Assembly: GCA_963766885.1 (NCBI GenBank)
Contig: CAVYBO010000002.1
Coordinates: 293,048 to 357,047, forward strand
DNA length: 64,000 nucleotides
DNA from: an uncultured bacterium
GTDB taxonomy: Bacteria > Patescibacteriota > Minisyncoccia > Phycocordibacterales > CAIRYW01
Reading direction: 5' to 3'
In this document: piece after piece, positions 37,665-47,015 of the stretch
Numbering within the stretch: the first letter of the stretch is position 1
How the letters are laid out: the number at the start of each line of letters is the position of its first letter
Translations under genes and position numbers: made by a program
Notes under the pieces: model-generated
Told to the model about the DNA's origin: nothing
What the model saw: only the letters and a program-made list of their open reading frames with translations
Databases searched by the model: none

Positions 37665-37790
37665 CTCCCAACTTTGTTTGCTTGCGCAAGTTTTCTTTCC
37701 TCAATTTGAAATAACTTACTGAGGTAATAATACTCTCTGTCAAAAAGCTGTCAAATAGGGGGTGTGGATAACTTTTTTAGTCTTCTTTAA

Positions 37791-37822
37791 GGACTCATAC
37801 CCGAACGGAATTAATTATAAAA
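37791..37822. repeat. Copy 2 of the 32-nt intergenic motif (GGACTCATACCCGAACGGAATTAATTATAAAA)
   Basis: 26/32 identity to 23313-23344 with a shared CCGAACGGAATT core, in an equivalent intergenic position. Confidence 0.35.
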
Positions 37823-37924
37823 AATTGCTCCGCAGTGTAAGTGCGAAGCGTGGTTAAGAAAGATCGTCGTTATGCGGCTATCCTATTACCTGCCGCACGT
37901 AGTGGTCCCCCTCATAAATGGCGT

Positions 37925-38551
37925 TTACCTTTTAAGTCCAATGGCAACAAATACGACTGTGCTTCCAATCATGATTCCTAAAACATTCAGCAAAAAAACT
38001 ATAAATGTGTTTACAGGTGAAAAACTATTTACATCTACAAGTCCAATGCCAGTGGCAACAAGTGGCGGCATAAGCGACACAGCGATTCCAATGCCTGTCA
38101 TCACCCCACCAACTTTGGAGCGCACAAGTCCATACGCTGCAGTACATCCGGCAATTATTGCGATCGCTAGAGACAAATAAAGATTTGATTCAAAAGATAT
38201 GAACACATTATCTACTCGAACATCGCCGAATAATATTGTCAAAATCCCCGCTCCAAAAATTGCCAGAAGAAGTGAAATAAAAAGCATTATCACACAACGC
38301 CAAAATAATTTTCCGTCCATAGAGACAATTCCAAAACTCATGCCAAGTATTGGATACGCCAGCGGCGCCACAATCATAGCGGCAATAAGTACTGCGATAC
38401 TGTCGGAAAAAATACCAGCTACGGCCAAGAGAATTGCTCCGATTACCAAAATATAGAAATCCCGATCAGGAATTGTATTATTTAAAAGGTTCGCTACGGC
38501 ATCTCGTTTGTCTTGTTCGCTCAAAGAACGAGAGGTGTATATAAAATTCAC
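37925..38551 (-). CDS. DUF389-like hydrophobic membrane protein
   Basis: 208 aa with 5-6 TM helices. The pattern resembles the DUF389/TIGR00341 family. Tentative. Confidence 0.4.
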   Translation of the reverse strand: MNFIYTSRSLSEQDKRDAVANLLNNTIPDRDFYILVIGAILLAVAGIFSDSIAVLIAAMIVAPLAYPILGMSFGIVSMDGKLFWRCVIMLFISLLLAIFGAGILTILFGDVRVDNVFISFESNLYLSLAIAIIAGCTAAYGLVRSKVGGVMTGIGIAVSLMPPLVATGIGLVDVNSFSPVNTFIVFLLNVLGIMIGSTVVFVAIGLKR

Positions 38552-38620
38552 TCTTTTATTGTATCATAAATATTTTCTGGACGTATGGCCTGCCTGCCAC
38601 AGGCAGGGACAATCTTGAAA

Positions 38621-39046
38621 CTATTTTGTTAATCCCGTAAGACCCGGAGATTTTGCTGCAAGCTTGATAACTTTTTCCAAGACTTTAAGATTTAAGTCCT
38701 CAACTTTTTTAAAACTGATGCACGTTTTACCTACAGTTACCTTACCCAATTCTTTTTTATAACTTTCTACTAGATACTTTCCATCTGCTACTGAGCAAAC
38801 AAATATACTTATGTGATTCTTCTGGCTTGCCAAAGAAATAATTGGCCAGTCAAGCATTTCTTTTTTATTGTTTTTATATTTGAAGCTCCCATACCCGGGC
38901 ATATTATAAATAAAATTTGATTTTAATTTAGGTGCAGCCTTTTTGATAAATGTATGTAAAAATTTCATCGGTGCCACGCGCTCTTTGGGAAGAATGTCAA
39001 AATATTCTTTAACGGATTCTGCCTTTGCAGGCTTAAACATGTTCAT
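38621..39046 (-). CDS. DUF1801 (YdhG-like) domain protein
   Basis: 141 aa. ESVKEYFDILPKERVAPMKFLHTFIKKAAPKLKSNFIYNMPGYG resembles the DUF1801 N-terminal pattern. Confidence 0.45.
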   Translation of the reverse strand: MNMFKPAKAESVKEYFDILPKERVAPMKFLHTFIKKAAPKLKSNFIYNMPGYGSFKYKNNKKEMLDWPIISLASQKNHISIFVCSVADGKYLVESYKKELGKVTVGKTCISFKKVEDLNLKVLEKVIKLAAKSPGLTGLTK

Positions 39047-39064
39047 GTTTTTAGTATAAAATTA

Positions 39065-40003
39065 CTATGTGTATTTAATTAGGATACTCATGAAATCTCC
39101 AGACTTTTGAGCCTCTTGTAGATCTTTTGTAAAATCGGCTCCGAATATTTCGTCTAAATCACTCAAAAAAATGTTGTCTCCGTTTATATACGCTACAAGT
39201 GCCTCATCAACGATATCCTTGAAAATCTCCTTAAACGGGCGACTTGGCCCATTCGTTGATTTAAGTCTTTTTTCAGCTTTTCTTAAAAGATAACTATGAA
39301 CAAAAATAGCTTCCGCCTCGTACGGCTTTGGCCTTTTTTCTGAAAGCAAAAATAGCCAATCTACTTTCTTCTGTTCTAATGAAGCTCTAACTTTTTCATA
39401 AAAATCCAGATCAATCTGCTCGGCAGAAGTTCTAGGGTCAATTTTTTTTAAATCTTTAATCCACTTTGTTACTTTTGCACTTTCATCATCGTACTGTTTT
39501 TCACACAACTGAATCATCTCATCCTTGTGATCATCATATTCGTCTTCCATACCTTCTGAAAACCTTCTCGCAAAAAACTCAGTGAATCCTTCATTTAGAT
39601 CGCGATACTCCTCTTCTTCATTAACCCCTCTCTTGATTGAAAATCCTGATTGATACTCGTGAAATTTTCCTAATTTATTTTTCTGCCAAAATCTCCAATT
39701 CGAGGCAAAATGTAACCCTTCATGAATTACTATTGCTGGAGTATACATAGACGAAGGAAGCATAGATATTTTCTCTTCAACCTGCGAAACACCGCCATGA
39801 GCGTGAGTCATCTCAGGAAATCTTTTAATTTCAAAATTCTCTATCGTAATATTTTCACCCCCATATTTTCCTTGTCGTTTCAAATCTTCTAAAACATTAT
39901 TCAATTTTTCCAAAGCCTCTCTAAACGCCGGAGATTCAAAATTTGAAGCTGTAATTTCTGCTTCTTCTGTCTGATTTTGTATATAGGTTTGTTCTGATTC
40001 CAC
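39065..40003 (-). CDS. Hypothetical protein with an HExxH motif (HEGLH)
   Basis: 312 aa, acidic, with no signal peptide. VIHEGLHFAS could be a zinc-peptidase motif or coincidence. Confidence 0.4.
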   Translation of the reverse strand: MESEQTYIQNQTEEAEITASNFESPAFREALEKLNNVLEDLKRQGKYGGENITIENFEIKRFPEMTHAHGGVSQVEEKISMLPSSMYTPAIVIHEGLHFASNWRFWQKNKLGKFHEYQSGFSIKRGVNEEEEYRDLNEGFTEFFARRFSEGMEDEYDDHKDEMIQLCEKQYDDESAKVTKWIKDLKKIDPRTSAEQIDLDFYEKVRASLEQKKVDWLFLLSEKRPKPYEAEAIFVHSYLLRKAEKRLKSTNGPSRPFKEIFKDIVDEALVAYINGDNIFLSDLDEIFGADFTKDLQEAQKSGDFMSILIKYT

Positions 40004-40067
40004 AAACTAATTATATCAAAAGTTCGAGTCCCAGCTATTTTCTGGCTGACTCAAGCAGATAAAATAT

Positions 40068-40529
40068 CTATAATCCTGCCATTGTGAGAATTTCCTTATA
40101 ATGCGTTTCTGAAACAGGTTGGACAGAAAGTCTCGATCCTGGAGCCGCGACCCTAATCCCCCTTAGTTTTGGGTTAAATTTTATCTGAGGCAATGTAACT
40201 GGTTTTGCTAATTTCTTTTTGAATTTGATTTGAGCAGCATACCAAATTGGATTTTCTTTTGTCGCTTTTGGATCAAAATGATCATCCCTTTTGTTAAGTG
40301 CTGTCATGTCGAACATAGACGAGCCAGAAATTTCAGCAACGCCTACAACACCTACCACCCCAGCGCTTGAATGGTAAAACAAAACAAGATCGCCAGATTT
40401 CATAGAATCTCTCATAAAATTTCTGGCCTGATAATTTCTGACACCAGTCCAAAGTGTCTGCTTATCCTTGGCAAGATCATCAATTGAATAGGCAGAAGGT
40501 TCGCTTTTAATCAGCCAGTAATTTTTCAT
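40068..40529 (-). CDS. EVE (PUA-like) domain protein
   Basis: 153 aa. MKNYWLIKSEP...WTGVRNYQARNFMRDSMKSGDLVLFYHSS is a near-textbook EVE-domain N-terminus. Confidence 0.85.
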   Translation of the reverse strand: MKNYWLIKSEPSAYSIDDLAKDKQTLWTGVRNYQARNFMRDSMKSGDLVLFYHSSAGVVGVVGVAEISGSSMFDMTALNKRDDHFDPKATKENPIWYAAQIKFKKKLAKPVTLPQIKFNPKLRGIRVAAPGSRLSVQPVSETHYKEILTMAGL

Positions 40530-40538
40530 ACTATAGGA

Positions 40539-40976
40539 CTACACTATGAAGCTGAAGACGAGGATGATCACGAAATAAGTGACGAGGTTAGATAAAATGT
40601 CTGAGAAGAACTTCTTCCATCGTAATTTCTTTTCACAATTTCCCCAGAGCAAAGATTGTCCAACTATTGGCACGGTGAAGCAGAGCCACGCAAGACCTAC
40701 TTCTCCGTAAATAACTCCCAAACCCAGGCCTTGCTGCTCAATCATAATAAAAGCTATAAAGAGAGAGGTTAGAAAAGCTAAGAATGCCTGCGCAAGAAGA
40801 TATTTCCACATATGCGGCTTCATGTCTTCCATACGCTTCAGCTGTTCCTCCTTGGAAAGGTTTCCATGGCCAGTTGTTGCCATTTGAATTCTGCCCATCG
40901 GCGTATTCAATGAATACCAAAACATACCGATTAGCATGCTAATAATCACACCCAGGATTCCAAGTAATATAATCAT
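40539..40976 (-). CDS. Hypothetical membrane protein (DUF1761-like)
   Basis: 145 aa with 4 TM helices. Confidence 0.4.
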   Translation of the reverse strand: MIILLGILGVIISMLIGMFWYSLNTPMGRIQMATTGHGNLSKEEQLKRMEDMKPHMWKYLLAQAFLAFLTSLFIAFIMIEQQGLGLGVIYGEVGLAWLCFTVPIVGQSLLWGNCEKKLRWKKFFSDILSNLVTYFVIILVFSFIV

Positions 40977-41103
40977 TGTAATTTATAATTTACCTTTTAA
41001 AACTTGTTATGGATAAATTATAACATGGAGAAATTAGCTATCTTACTTACAAAAGACTGGAGCGTGGACGGCTTATGATATAGTCTTAGAAATTATAAAC
41101 TAA

Positions 41104-41361
41104 TTACCAGATTCCCGGACCATCCCCTTCCAAATACCACTTCCTATTTATCTCAACTATTTTAATAGTCTGCCCAGAAGAAGTTTTGCAAATTCCATAT
41201 GTGTCAGTTTTTTCCAGCAATTGAACACAGCCTCTAAAGTTATAGTAATTTTCAAAAGTGCTGTGGGCTTTCTGCAAAAACAAAAATTGATTAATACCAA
41301 AAATAATCACGAGTAGTATAACTAAAACAAATAGTAGTAAAAATATTTTCTTTCTTGTCAT
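41104..41361 (-). CDS. Small secreted hypothetical protein
   Basis: 85 aa with an N-terminal signal/TM segment. Confidence 0.35.
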   Translation of the reverse strand: MTRKKIFLLLFVLVILLVIIFGINQFLFLQKAHSTFENYYNFRGCVQLLEKTDTYGICKTSSGQTIKIVEINRKWYLEGDGPGIW

Positions 41362-41421
41362 ATTTCAATTATAACTCAAGAAATATTACGCATGTTACGA
41401 ACTGGAATGTCTAAACCCGTG

Positions 41422-41775
41422 TTATAACTTTTTTGAATTCTCCTTAACCCTAAACTTCACGATCTTAGTAATGAGATTAAACGGGATCGGCTTATTGATT
41501 GGAAATCGCACTGTACCTTTCGAGTTTTCATATTTTGAAATCTCTTTTTTAAAAGCCGAGATACCAGATGAAGTCGGATAAAACCCGATATGTTTTTCAA
41601 ACGCTCCAAAGTGGACTAAGTTGCCATTAAGTGTAAAAGTAGGAATTCCATAACTGATCTTTTCTTCGGCTTTTGGTACGGCTTTTTTGATTGTCGCTCG
41701 CAGTTGCTCCAAAATTTTTTGGGTAGATTTTGGATAGTTCTTTATATAGTCGTCTATAGTTTTTGAATCCTTCAT
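41422..41775 (-). CDS. DUF1801 (YdhG-like) domain protein
   Basis: 117 aa. IDDYIKNYPKSTQKILEQLRATIKKAVPKAEEKISYGIPTF is the canonical DUF1801 pattern. Confidence 0.65.
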   Translation of the reverse strand: MKDSKTIDDYIKNYPKSTQKILEQLRATIKKAVPKAEEKISYGIPTFTLNGNLVHFGAFEKHIGFYPTSSGISAFKKEISKYENSKGTVRFPINKPIPFNLITKIVKFRVKENSKKL

Positions 41776-41843
41776 AATTTTATTATATCAAAAGTATTTG
41801 CTGGGTGTGTGGGACGATGTTGGAACCTTTATAAAGCAAGAAA

Positions 41844-42926
41844 TTACTTTAAAATCCTAACGGCTCCATTATCTGCATCAACTTCCACCAAATCTCCATC
41901 TTTAATTTTCTGCGTTGCGTTTTGCGTACCCACAATGCAAGGTATTTTAAACTCTCTACTTACAATTGCTGCATGAGACATCATACCACCCTGATTTGTG
42001 ACAATGGCAGAAGCCTTTTTGCAAGCCATTAAAAGCTCTGGGGAGGTTGTATCCGCAACCAAAACATTACCCTTTGGCATAGCTGCTAATACAGTCTTCA
42101 AATTTTTAAACAAACTTGGTCCATATTCAATAACTGTGGCTTTTGCTCGAACCTTACCTTTATAAACAGGTATGCCTCTAATTTCTTTTTCATTATGATT
42201 CTTTTTTGAGAAAAATTCATTGGCAATTTTCGAAGCTTCAGATCCATCAAAATAAATGATTTTATTTCCATAACTATAATGAATGTATGCTTTCTTTCTG
42301 TTATTAATTACAACTTGAGGTAATTTCTTACCTTTATACAGATTTAAGATATCTAGCTTTGAGTATCCAAGGATATTTTGAAAAGGAAGGCTAAATTGTT
42401 CAGATATTTTTTTCAAAAACATTATCCTGTGAGAATCTTTACTAAAAAGCAATTTATTCATCCTAAGACGAGCTGTATTTTTTATTTTCTCAAACTGTTT
42501 TAAATTGTCGGCTATAGTTTTGTTGCTATCCTTAAATTGATAGGCTTTATCAACATAAAAGAATTCTGTTTTTGAATAATATTTATGATTATCAGAAAGC
42601 CAATTTAATGCCTGTTTACATTCTGACAAAGAAATTTCTTTTTTCTTTAAAAGATCGTTGAAGAATTTGTCTGCATGATCGTAGTATGAATAAATTTCAT
42701 TTTTGAAATCTGAGAATTTATTTGTGTTTTTAAAAAGCTTAAGTCCGTCATCTAGAGTTTCTTTGATTACTTTTTCTGGTAGAAAAGTTGTCCAGGTATT
42801 ATTTGAAAATACAGCAAGACCATGCAACTTTTTGTAATTTGTCATGAATAAATCAGAGCCGAGATATGAAGTGTTTGTGGTAGAAAAAAGCTGTCTGTAT
42901 TTAGAATAATCTAGTTTTAGATTCAT
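41844..42926 (-). CDS. PEP-utilizing-enzyme mobile (phosphohistidine swivel) domain protein, paralog 5 of a tandem array (RPH-like substrate module)
   Basis: 360 aa. C-terminus EIRGIPVYKGKVRAKATVI ... TNQGGMMSHAAIVSREFKIPCIVGT...DGDLVEVDADNGAVRILK matches PF00391-type GG-x-TSHAAI-ARE-GIP-VVG. The N-terminal approx. 240 aa are paralogous to the other array members. Confidence 0.8.
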   Translation of the reverse strand: MNLKLDYSKYRQLFSTTNTSYLGSDLFMTNYKKLHGLAVFSNNTWTTFLPEKVIKETLDDGLKLFKNTNKFSDFKNEIYSYYDHADKFFNDLLKKKEISLSECKQALNWLSDNHKYYSKTEFFYVDKAYQFKDSNKTIADNLKQFEKIKNTARLRMNKLLFSKDSHRIMFLKKISEQFSLPFQNILGYSKLDILNLYKGKKLPQVVINNRKKAYIHYSYGNKIIYFDGSEASKIANEFFSKKNHNEKEIRGIPVYKGKVRAKATVIEYGPSLFKNLKTVLAAMPKGNVLVADTTSPELLMACKKASAIVTNQGGMMSHAAIVSREFKIPCIVGTQNATQKIKDGDLVEVDADNGAVRILK

Positions 42927-44593
42927 TTGATTATTTTCACAATCCCTTTATCTGCATCAACTTCCACCACATCACCATCTTTTAAAACCTTAGTAGCAAT
43001 TTTTGTGCCAATTATACAAGGCTTCTTTAATTCCCGTGCAACAATTGCGGCATGGCAAGTTATCCCACCCTCATCAGTCACAAAAGCTGCCGCTTTTTTC
43101 ATTGCAGGAAGAAAATCTGGGGTGGTCATTGGAGAAACAATAATGGCATCCACGGGAACACTTTTGACTTGTTCTCTTCTGAATAGTAAGAAAACTTTTC
43201 CTTGAACCTTACCTTTAAAAGCAATGCCTCCTTTAATTTCTCTATTATCTTTTACTATTTCCTTTGAAAGAACTGTACCGATTTGTTCGGCAAAAATATC
43301 TAAACTAGCTTTTCCGTACTTAATACCGTCAACAAGAATATAATCATTTAATCTCTTTTTTAGCTCAACTTTATCCGGAGGGTTAGAAATCTCTGAACTC
43401 AAGATTGTTGTCTCAAAACCTTTAAGATTAGGATAAATATGTAGCAGGGAATTTCGGATTAATTCACTACTAGAAGCAAAAAATGTTTCTTTTTCTCTAA
43501 AACCTTGTGCCAAGGATTTAATAGCCTTAGGAGTCCTTTCATCTATTGCAGAGTAGTAATAAATGAGAAAACCAAACATCAATTTATCTACTTTTTCAAC
43601 AAATTTTTTCAGTTCTGTTTTTTTAGATAAATGTTTTTTATTTAAATACTCTTTCTTTAAAAGAGCGTAGTCTTTCTCAAATTTTTTACCTATCTTTTTG
43701 TAGAATTTATCACTTTTTTTATTCTCCTTGAGTATTTGATCCTTAAGCCATTCTGTACCTGAAATGTTTTCCCAAATCTCTATTGTCCCATTCTTAAAAT
43801 AATGAATTACTAGGGGTTTGTGTGGATTTTTCCAGCCCCAATTTTTTTGTACGTATTGTCGACAAGCTTTACCCCAAGATTCTTGAATTATAATCGTAGT
43901 ATCTCTTGTATATACTTTTTCAAAAACTTCTTTATTTACTTCAGGATTATTGATACCTTTTTTGGAACAAAAATCTGCGAAATTATTCCCATTCAAAATA
44001 TTTTCATCCTCTACAATGTATCCCTGAGAGCGTTTTCGAATTTTTTGCTGATTTATACTTTTACCTTTTAATAATTGTTGGATTTCCTTATATGAAATTA
44101 TATGTTTCAAGTTTTTATTTATATTGCTCTTCTTCAATAAAGAATTAACTGTATCTTCTATTTTTGAGTCAAAAGAATACAAAATTCCTTCTGACAAAAC
44201 TCTTGAATCCCAAGCTTCTGGAATTGCTTTTACAAATCGATCACTGACAACAAAAATGTAGAAAGACATTATCTGGCCAATTAATCTGAAGATATTTTCT
44301 AAGTTTTCAGAAGTAACATTAATTTTTTTTAATTTATTTATACTGCTGATAAATTCCGAATTCAACTCTTTGAAAAGTTTTTTATTATCAATTATCTTCC
44401 CCGTAATAATCTCTTTAAAATATTTGAAGTCATTATTGGAATGGTAAAAATTAACTTTTTCACCATCATAATGAAAAATCACAGGGTAGTACCAATCTAA
44501 GGACTTTTTTAAATATTTACCATATCCTTGTTGCCAGGCCTGCACTGAAAATAGACTTAAATCTCTTTTAACTGTTGGCTTAAGTTCCTTCAT
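42923..44593 (-). CDS. PEP-utilizing-enzyme mobile-domain protein, paralog 4
   Basis: 556 aa. C-terminus EIKGGIAFKGKVQGKV ... TDEGGITCHAAIVARELKKPCIIGTKIATKVLKDGDVVEVDADKGIVKIIK. 4-nt overlaps with both neighbours. Confidence 0.8.
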   Translation of the reverse strand: MKELKPTVKRDLSLFSVQAWQQGYGKYLKKSLDWYYPVIFHYDGEKVNFYHSNNDFKYFKEIITGKIIDNKKLFKELNSEFISSINKLKKINVTSENLENIFRLIGQIMSFYIFVVSDRFVKAIPEAWDSRVLSEGILYSFDSKIEDTVNSLLKKSNINKNLKHIISYKEIQQLLKGKSINQQKIRKRSQGYIVEDENILNGNNFADFCSKKGINNPEVNKEVFEKVYTRDTTIIIQESWGKACRQYVQKNWGWKNPHKPLVIHYFKNGTIEIWENISGTEWLKDQILKENKKSDKFYKKIGKKFEKDYALLKKEYLNKKHLSKKTELKKFVEKVDKLMFGFLIYYYSAIDERTPKAIKSLAQGFREKETFFASSSELIRNSLLHIYPNLKGFETTILSSEISNPPDKVELKKRLNDYILVDGIKYGKASLDIFAEQIGTVLSKEIVKDNREIKGGIAFKGKVQGKVFLLFRREQVKSVPVDAIIVSPMTTPDFLPAMKKAAAFVTDEGGITCHAAIVARELKKPCIIGTKIATKVLKDGDVVEVDADKGIVKIIK

Positions 44594-45999
44594 TGAATTA
44601 ATTTAACAATCCCTTTATCTGCATCGACTTCTACTAAATCTCCATCTTTGAGAATTGAAGTAATTCTAGGAATTCCAACTATTGAGGGAATATTAAGCTC
44701 TCTAGTAATAACGGAAACATGGGCAGTTATTCCTCCTTCTTCTGCTAAAACCGCAGAAACCTTGTGAAGTATGGGGACAAAATCTGGACTGGTATTATGA
44801 ACCACCAAAATATCTCCTTTCTCGACTTTTTTAAATTGTTCCGGCAATAAGACGATTTTTACCCTTCCTTTGGCTTTACCCTTACAAGCAGATCTGCCTT
44901 TTATTTCCTTATTTGCATCTGCTTTAGGCTCAATATATTTATTAATGAAATCTTCTGCTTTATCTCCAGAAATATAAAACTTATATCCTTTCGGCTTAGC
45001 AACAAAAACAATAGTTTTTTTGTAAAGATTTAATTTATCTTTTGAAAGTTTTTTACCCTTAAGAAGATTAATTAGATCTTCATGCATTAGATTTTTCAAT
45101 TGGCCAACAGGAAGACCTATTTGTTTGGAAGCAATTTTCCATAATTTTTCAAATTCAAACTGCGCTTTATTTATATAGAACTTGTAACAATCTTTCATCC
45201 AAGAAGTCTCACCAATCAACTTTAAAATGACTTGGTCTCCAGAATATTTCTTTAAGTATCCATTGAGCTCTTTTAACCTAGATTTGTGTTCTGAAATAAT
45301 TTTTTTCTTGATAATCTCTGGCTTTTCTTTTTTGAGAGCATCTAGTCTTTTTTTGTAATATCCGTATGTTCGTGGTTGTTCGTCGTAATAACCGAGAGTT
45401 ATGTGTTTGTATGAATTAAATATTTTATTTAATTCTAATGATAAATCTTTCTTTGGGTTGTTTTTAATCTTAAGCACTAAATCACACAAAGCAATCTCTT
45501 CTTCGGCAAAAAAACTTAATCTATTCGAAACATTACAAGCAGAAAGAATATTTACTGATTCGCTTCCGAACTTATCAGTTATTTTATTAATTATAGCTTT
45601 ATCAATTTTTCTAAGATATGTAGCCGTGTGATGCATATACTCAAAAAGATCAAAGCAACTTGCAAATGACTTTGAAAGAGATTTGCTTGGGTCTGATTCA
45701 TTAATACAAATATTTTGGATTTTTGTTGAAAGGGTTTTTATCTCCTTTTCCAGAGACTTCATTCCACCTGGTTTAGATAGTCTTTCAAAAGCTGAATTTA
45801 TTATTTTAGGAATAAATGAAAGATAAAGTTTAAAAGAAGTATTTTTAAATACAACTACTCCAGGAAGATCTAGGCTCCACGAACCTTCTTTTGCCAAATA
45901 ATTATAAAGAACATTGGCAACCCAAAGATAACTTGCCCTTCCTGCTTCGTATTGAATTGGAACTTTTTCAATATCTTTTTCAAAATTTTTAATATCCAT
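44590..45999 (-). CDS. PEP-utilizing-enzyme mobile-domain protein, paralog 3
   Basis: 469 aa. C-terminus EIKGRSACKGKAKGRV ... EEGGITAHVSVITRELNIPSIVGIPRITSILKDGDLVEVDADKGIVKLIQ, with the His retained in an AH context. Confidence 0.8.
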   Translation of the reverse strand: MDIKNFEKDIEKVPIQYEAGRASYLWVANVLYNYLAKEGSWSLDLPGVVVFKNTSFKLYLSFIPKIINSAFERLSKPGGMKSLEKEIKTLSTKIQNICINESDPSKSLSKSFASCFDLFEYMHHTATYLRKIDKAIINKITDKFGSESVNILSACNVSNRLSFFAEEEIALCDLVLKIKNNPKKDLSLELNKIFNSYKHITLGYYDEQPRTYGYYKKRLDALKKEKPEIIKKKIISEHKSRLKELNGYLKKYSGDQVILKLIGETSWMKDCYKFYINKAQFEFEKLWKIASKQIGLPVGQLKNLMHEDLINLLKGKKLSKDKLNLYKKTIVFVAKPKGYKFYISGDKAEDFINKYIEPKADANKEIKGRSACKGKAKGRVKIVLLPEQFKKVEKGDILVVHNTSPDFVPILHKVSAVLAEEGGITAHVSVITRELNIPSIVGIPRITSILKDGDLVEVDADKGIVKLIQ

Positions 46000-46001
46000 A
46001 A

Positions 46002-47012
46002 TTATTTAAGAATTTTCACTATTCCCCTATCTGCATCCACTTCCACTAAATCTCCGTCTTTCAAAACCTTTGTCGCTATCTTAGTACCAACAATGCAAGG
46101 CTTTTGAAGCTCTCTTGCAACAATTGCAGCATGACAAGTTACACCGCCCTCATCTGTAATAAAAGCTGAGGCTCTTTGCATGGCAGGAAGAAATGATGTT
46201 CTTGTCATTGGACTAACTAGAATGTCTCCATCACTAACATTTACTAAATCATTTTCGTTAGTAATGATAATCACTTTACCTGAAACTTTACCTTTGAAAG
46301 CTGGGTTTCCTTTAAACTCAGAAATATTCTCATCAATTTCATTCTTGATATTTTTTAGAAATTCTTTGGTATAGGCTACAGCCTCTTCTCCGATTAATAA
46401 GCGTGCTTTTCCTGCTATCGATTCTATAACGTATTGCTTTTGCCTTAGGGTTAATAAACCTGCATCAAGATTTAAAGATACAATTTCATCAGGTAGAGCG
46501 TATTTGAGTAGCTCGGTATCAATATTCAAAGTTTCTGAAATCTGTTTATATAACTTTGGAAGAAATTCCGAAGTTGCTATATGCTGCGCGCTTTTCGTTC
46601 CTCTTAAGTCCGAAATCATATCAATCGACTCTTGGTCTGTGACATAAAATCCCAGGAAAAAAGAAGTAATCTCATGGATCCATAACTGTCTAAATATTTT
46701 CATGAATTCCTCTCTGTTTTCAAGAGGATCTTTTTCAAAAAAAGGAAATACTAACTCTTCGTATTTTTTAAATCCTTTCAGAAGCTCCAAAAAACTTCCT
46801 GCTTTTGCTAGATTTTCAAATCCATCTAATTCTTTCTGATCCACATACCTTTCCATGATGCCATGCTTACCTAAGACAATCGTATCCAGGTTAAAACCAC
46901 CCTCTTTTATAGGAAAATTTGGATATACTTCAGTAGCTAACCATATTTCGAAAAGTCCAAACACTCTCGTTGCCACAAGATTCCAAGCTCTATTTTCATC
47001 AGTATTATCCAT
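46002..47012 (-). CDS. PEP-utilizing-enzyme mobile-domain protein, paralog 2
   Basis: 336 aa. C-terminus EFKGNPAFKGKVSGKV ... TDEGGVTCHAAIVARELQKPCIVGTKIATKVLKDGDLVEVDADRGIVKILK. Confidence 0.8.
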   Translation of the reverse strand: MDNTDENRAWNLVATRVFGLFEIWLATEVYPNFPIKEGGFNLDTIVLGKHGIMERYVDQKELDGFENLAKAGSFLELLKGFKKYEELVFPFFEKDPLENREEFMKIFRQLWIHEITSFFLGFYVTDQESIDMISDLRGTKSAQHIATSEFLPKLYKQISETLNIDTELLKYALPDEIVSLNLDAGLLTLRQKQYVIESIAGKARLLIGEEAVAYTKEFLKNIKNEIDENISEFKGNPAFKGKVSGKVIIITNENDLVNVSDGDILVSPMTRTSFLPAMQRASAFITDEGGVTCHAAIVARELQKPCIVGTKIATKVLKDGDLVEVDADRGIVKILK

Positions 47013-47015
47013 ATT

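Noticed and set aside
37528-37743. 71-aa Pro/Ser/Thr-rich ORF
   Set aside because: Its composition is dictated by the C-free/G-tract DNA. It is likely non-coding.
37766-37780. Third occurrence of TGGATAACT (the IS direct-repeat sequence)
   Set aside because: A 9-mer recurrence is expected by chance in 64 kb of AT-rich DNA. No IS-end sequence is adjacent.
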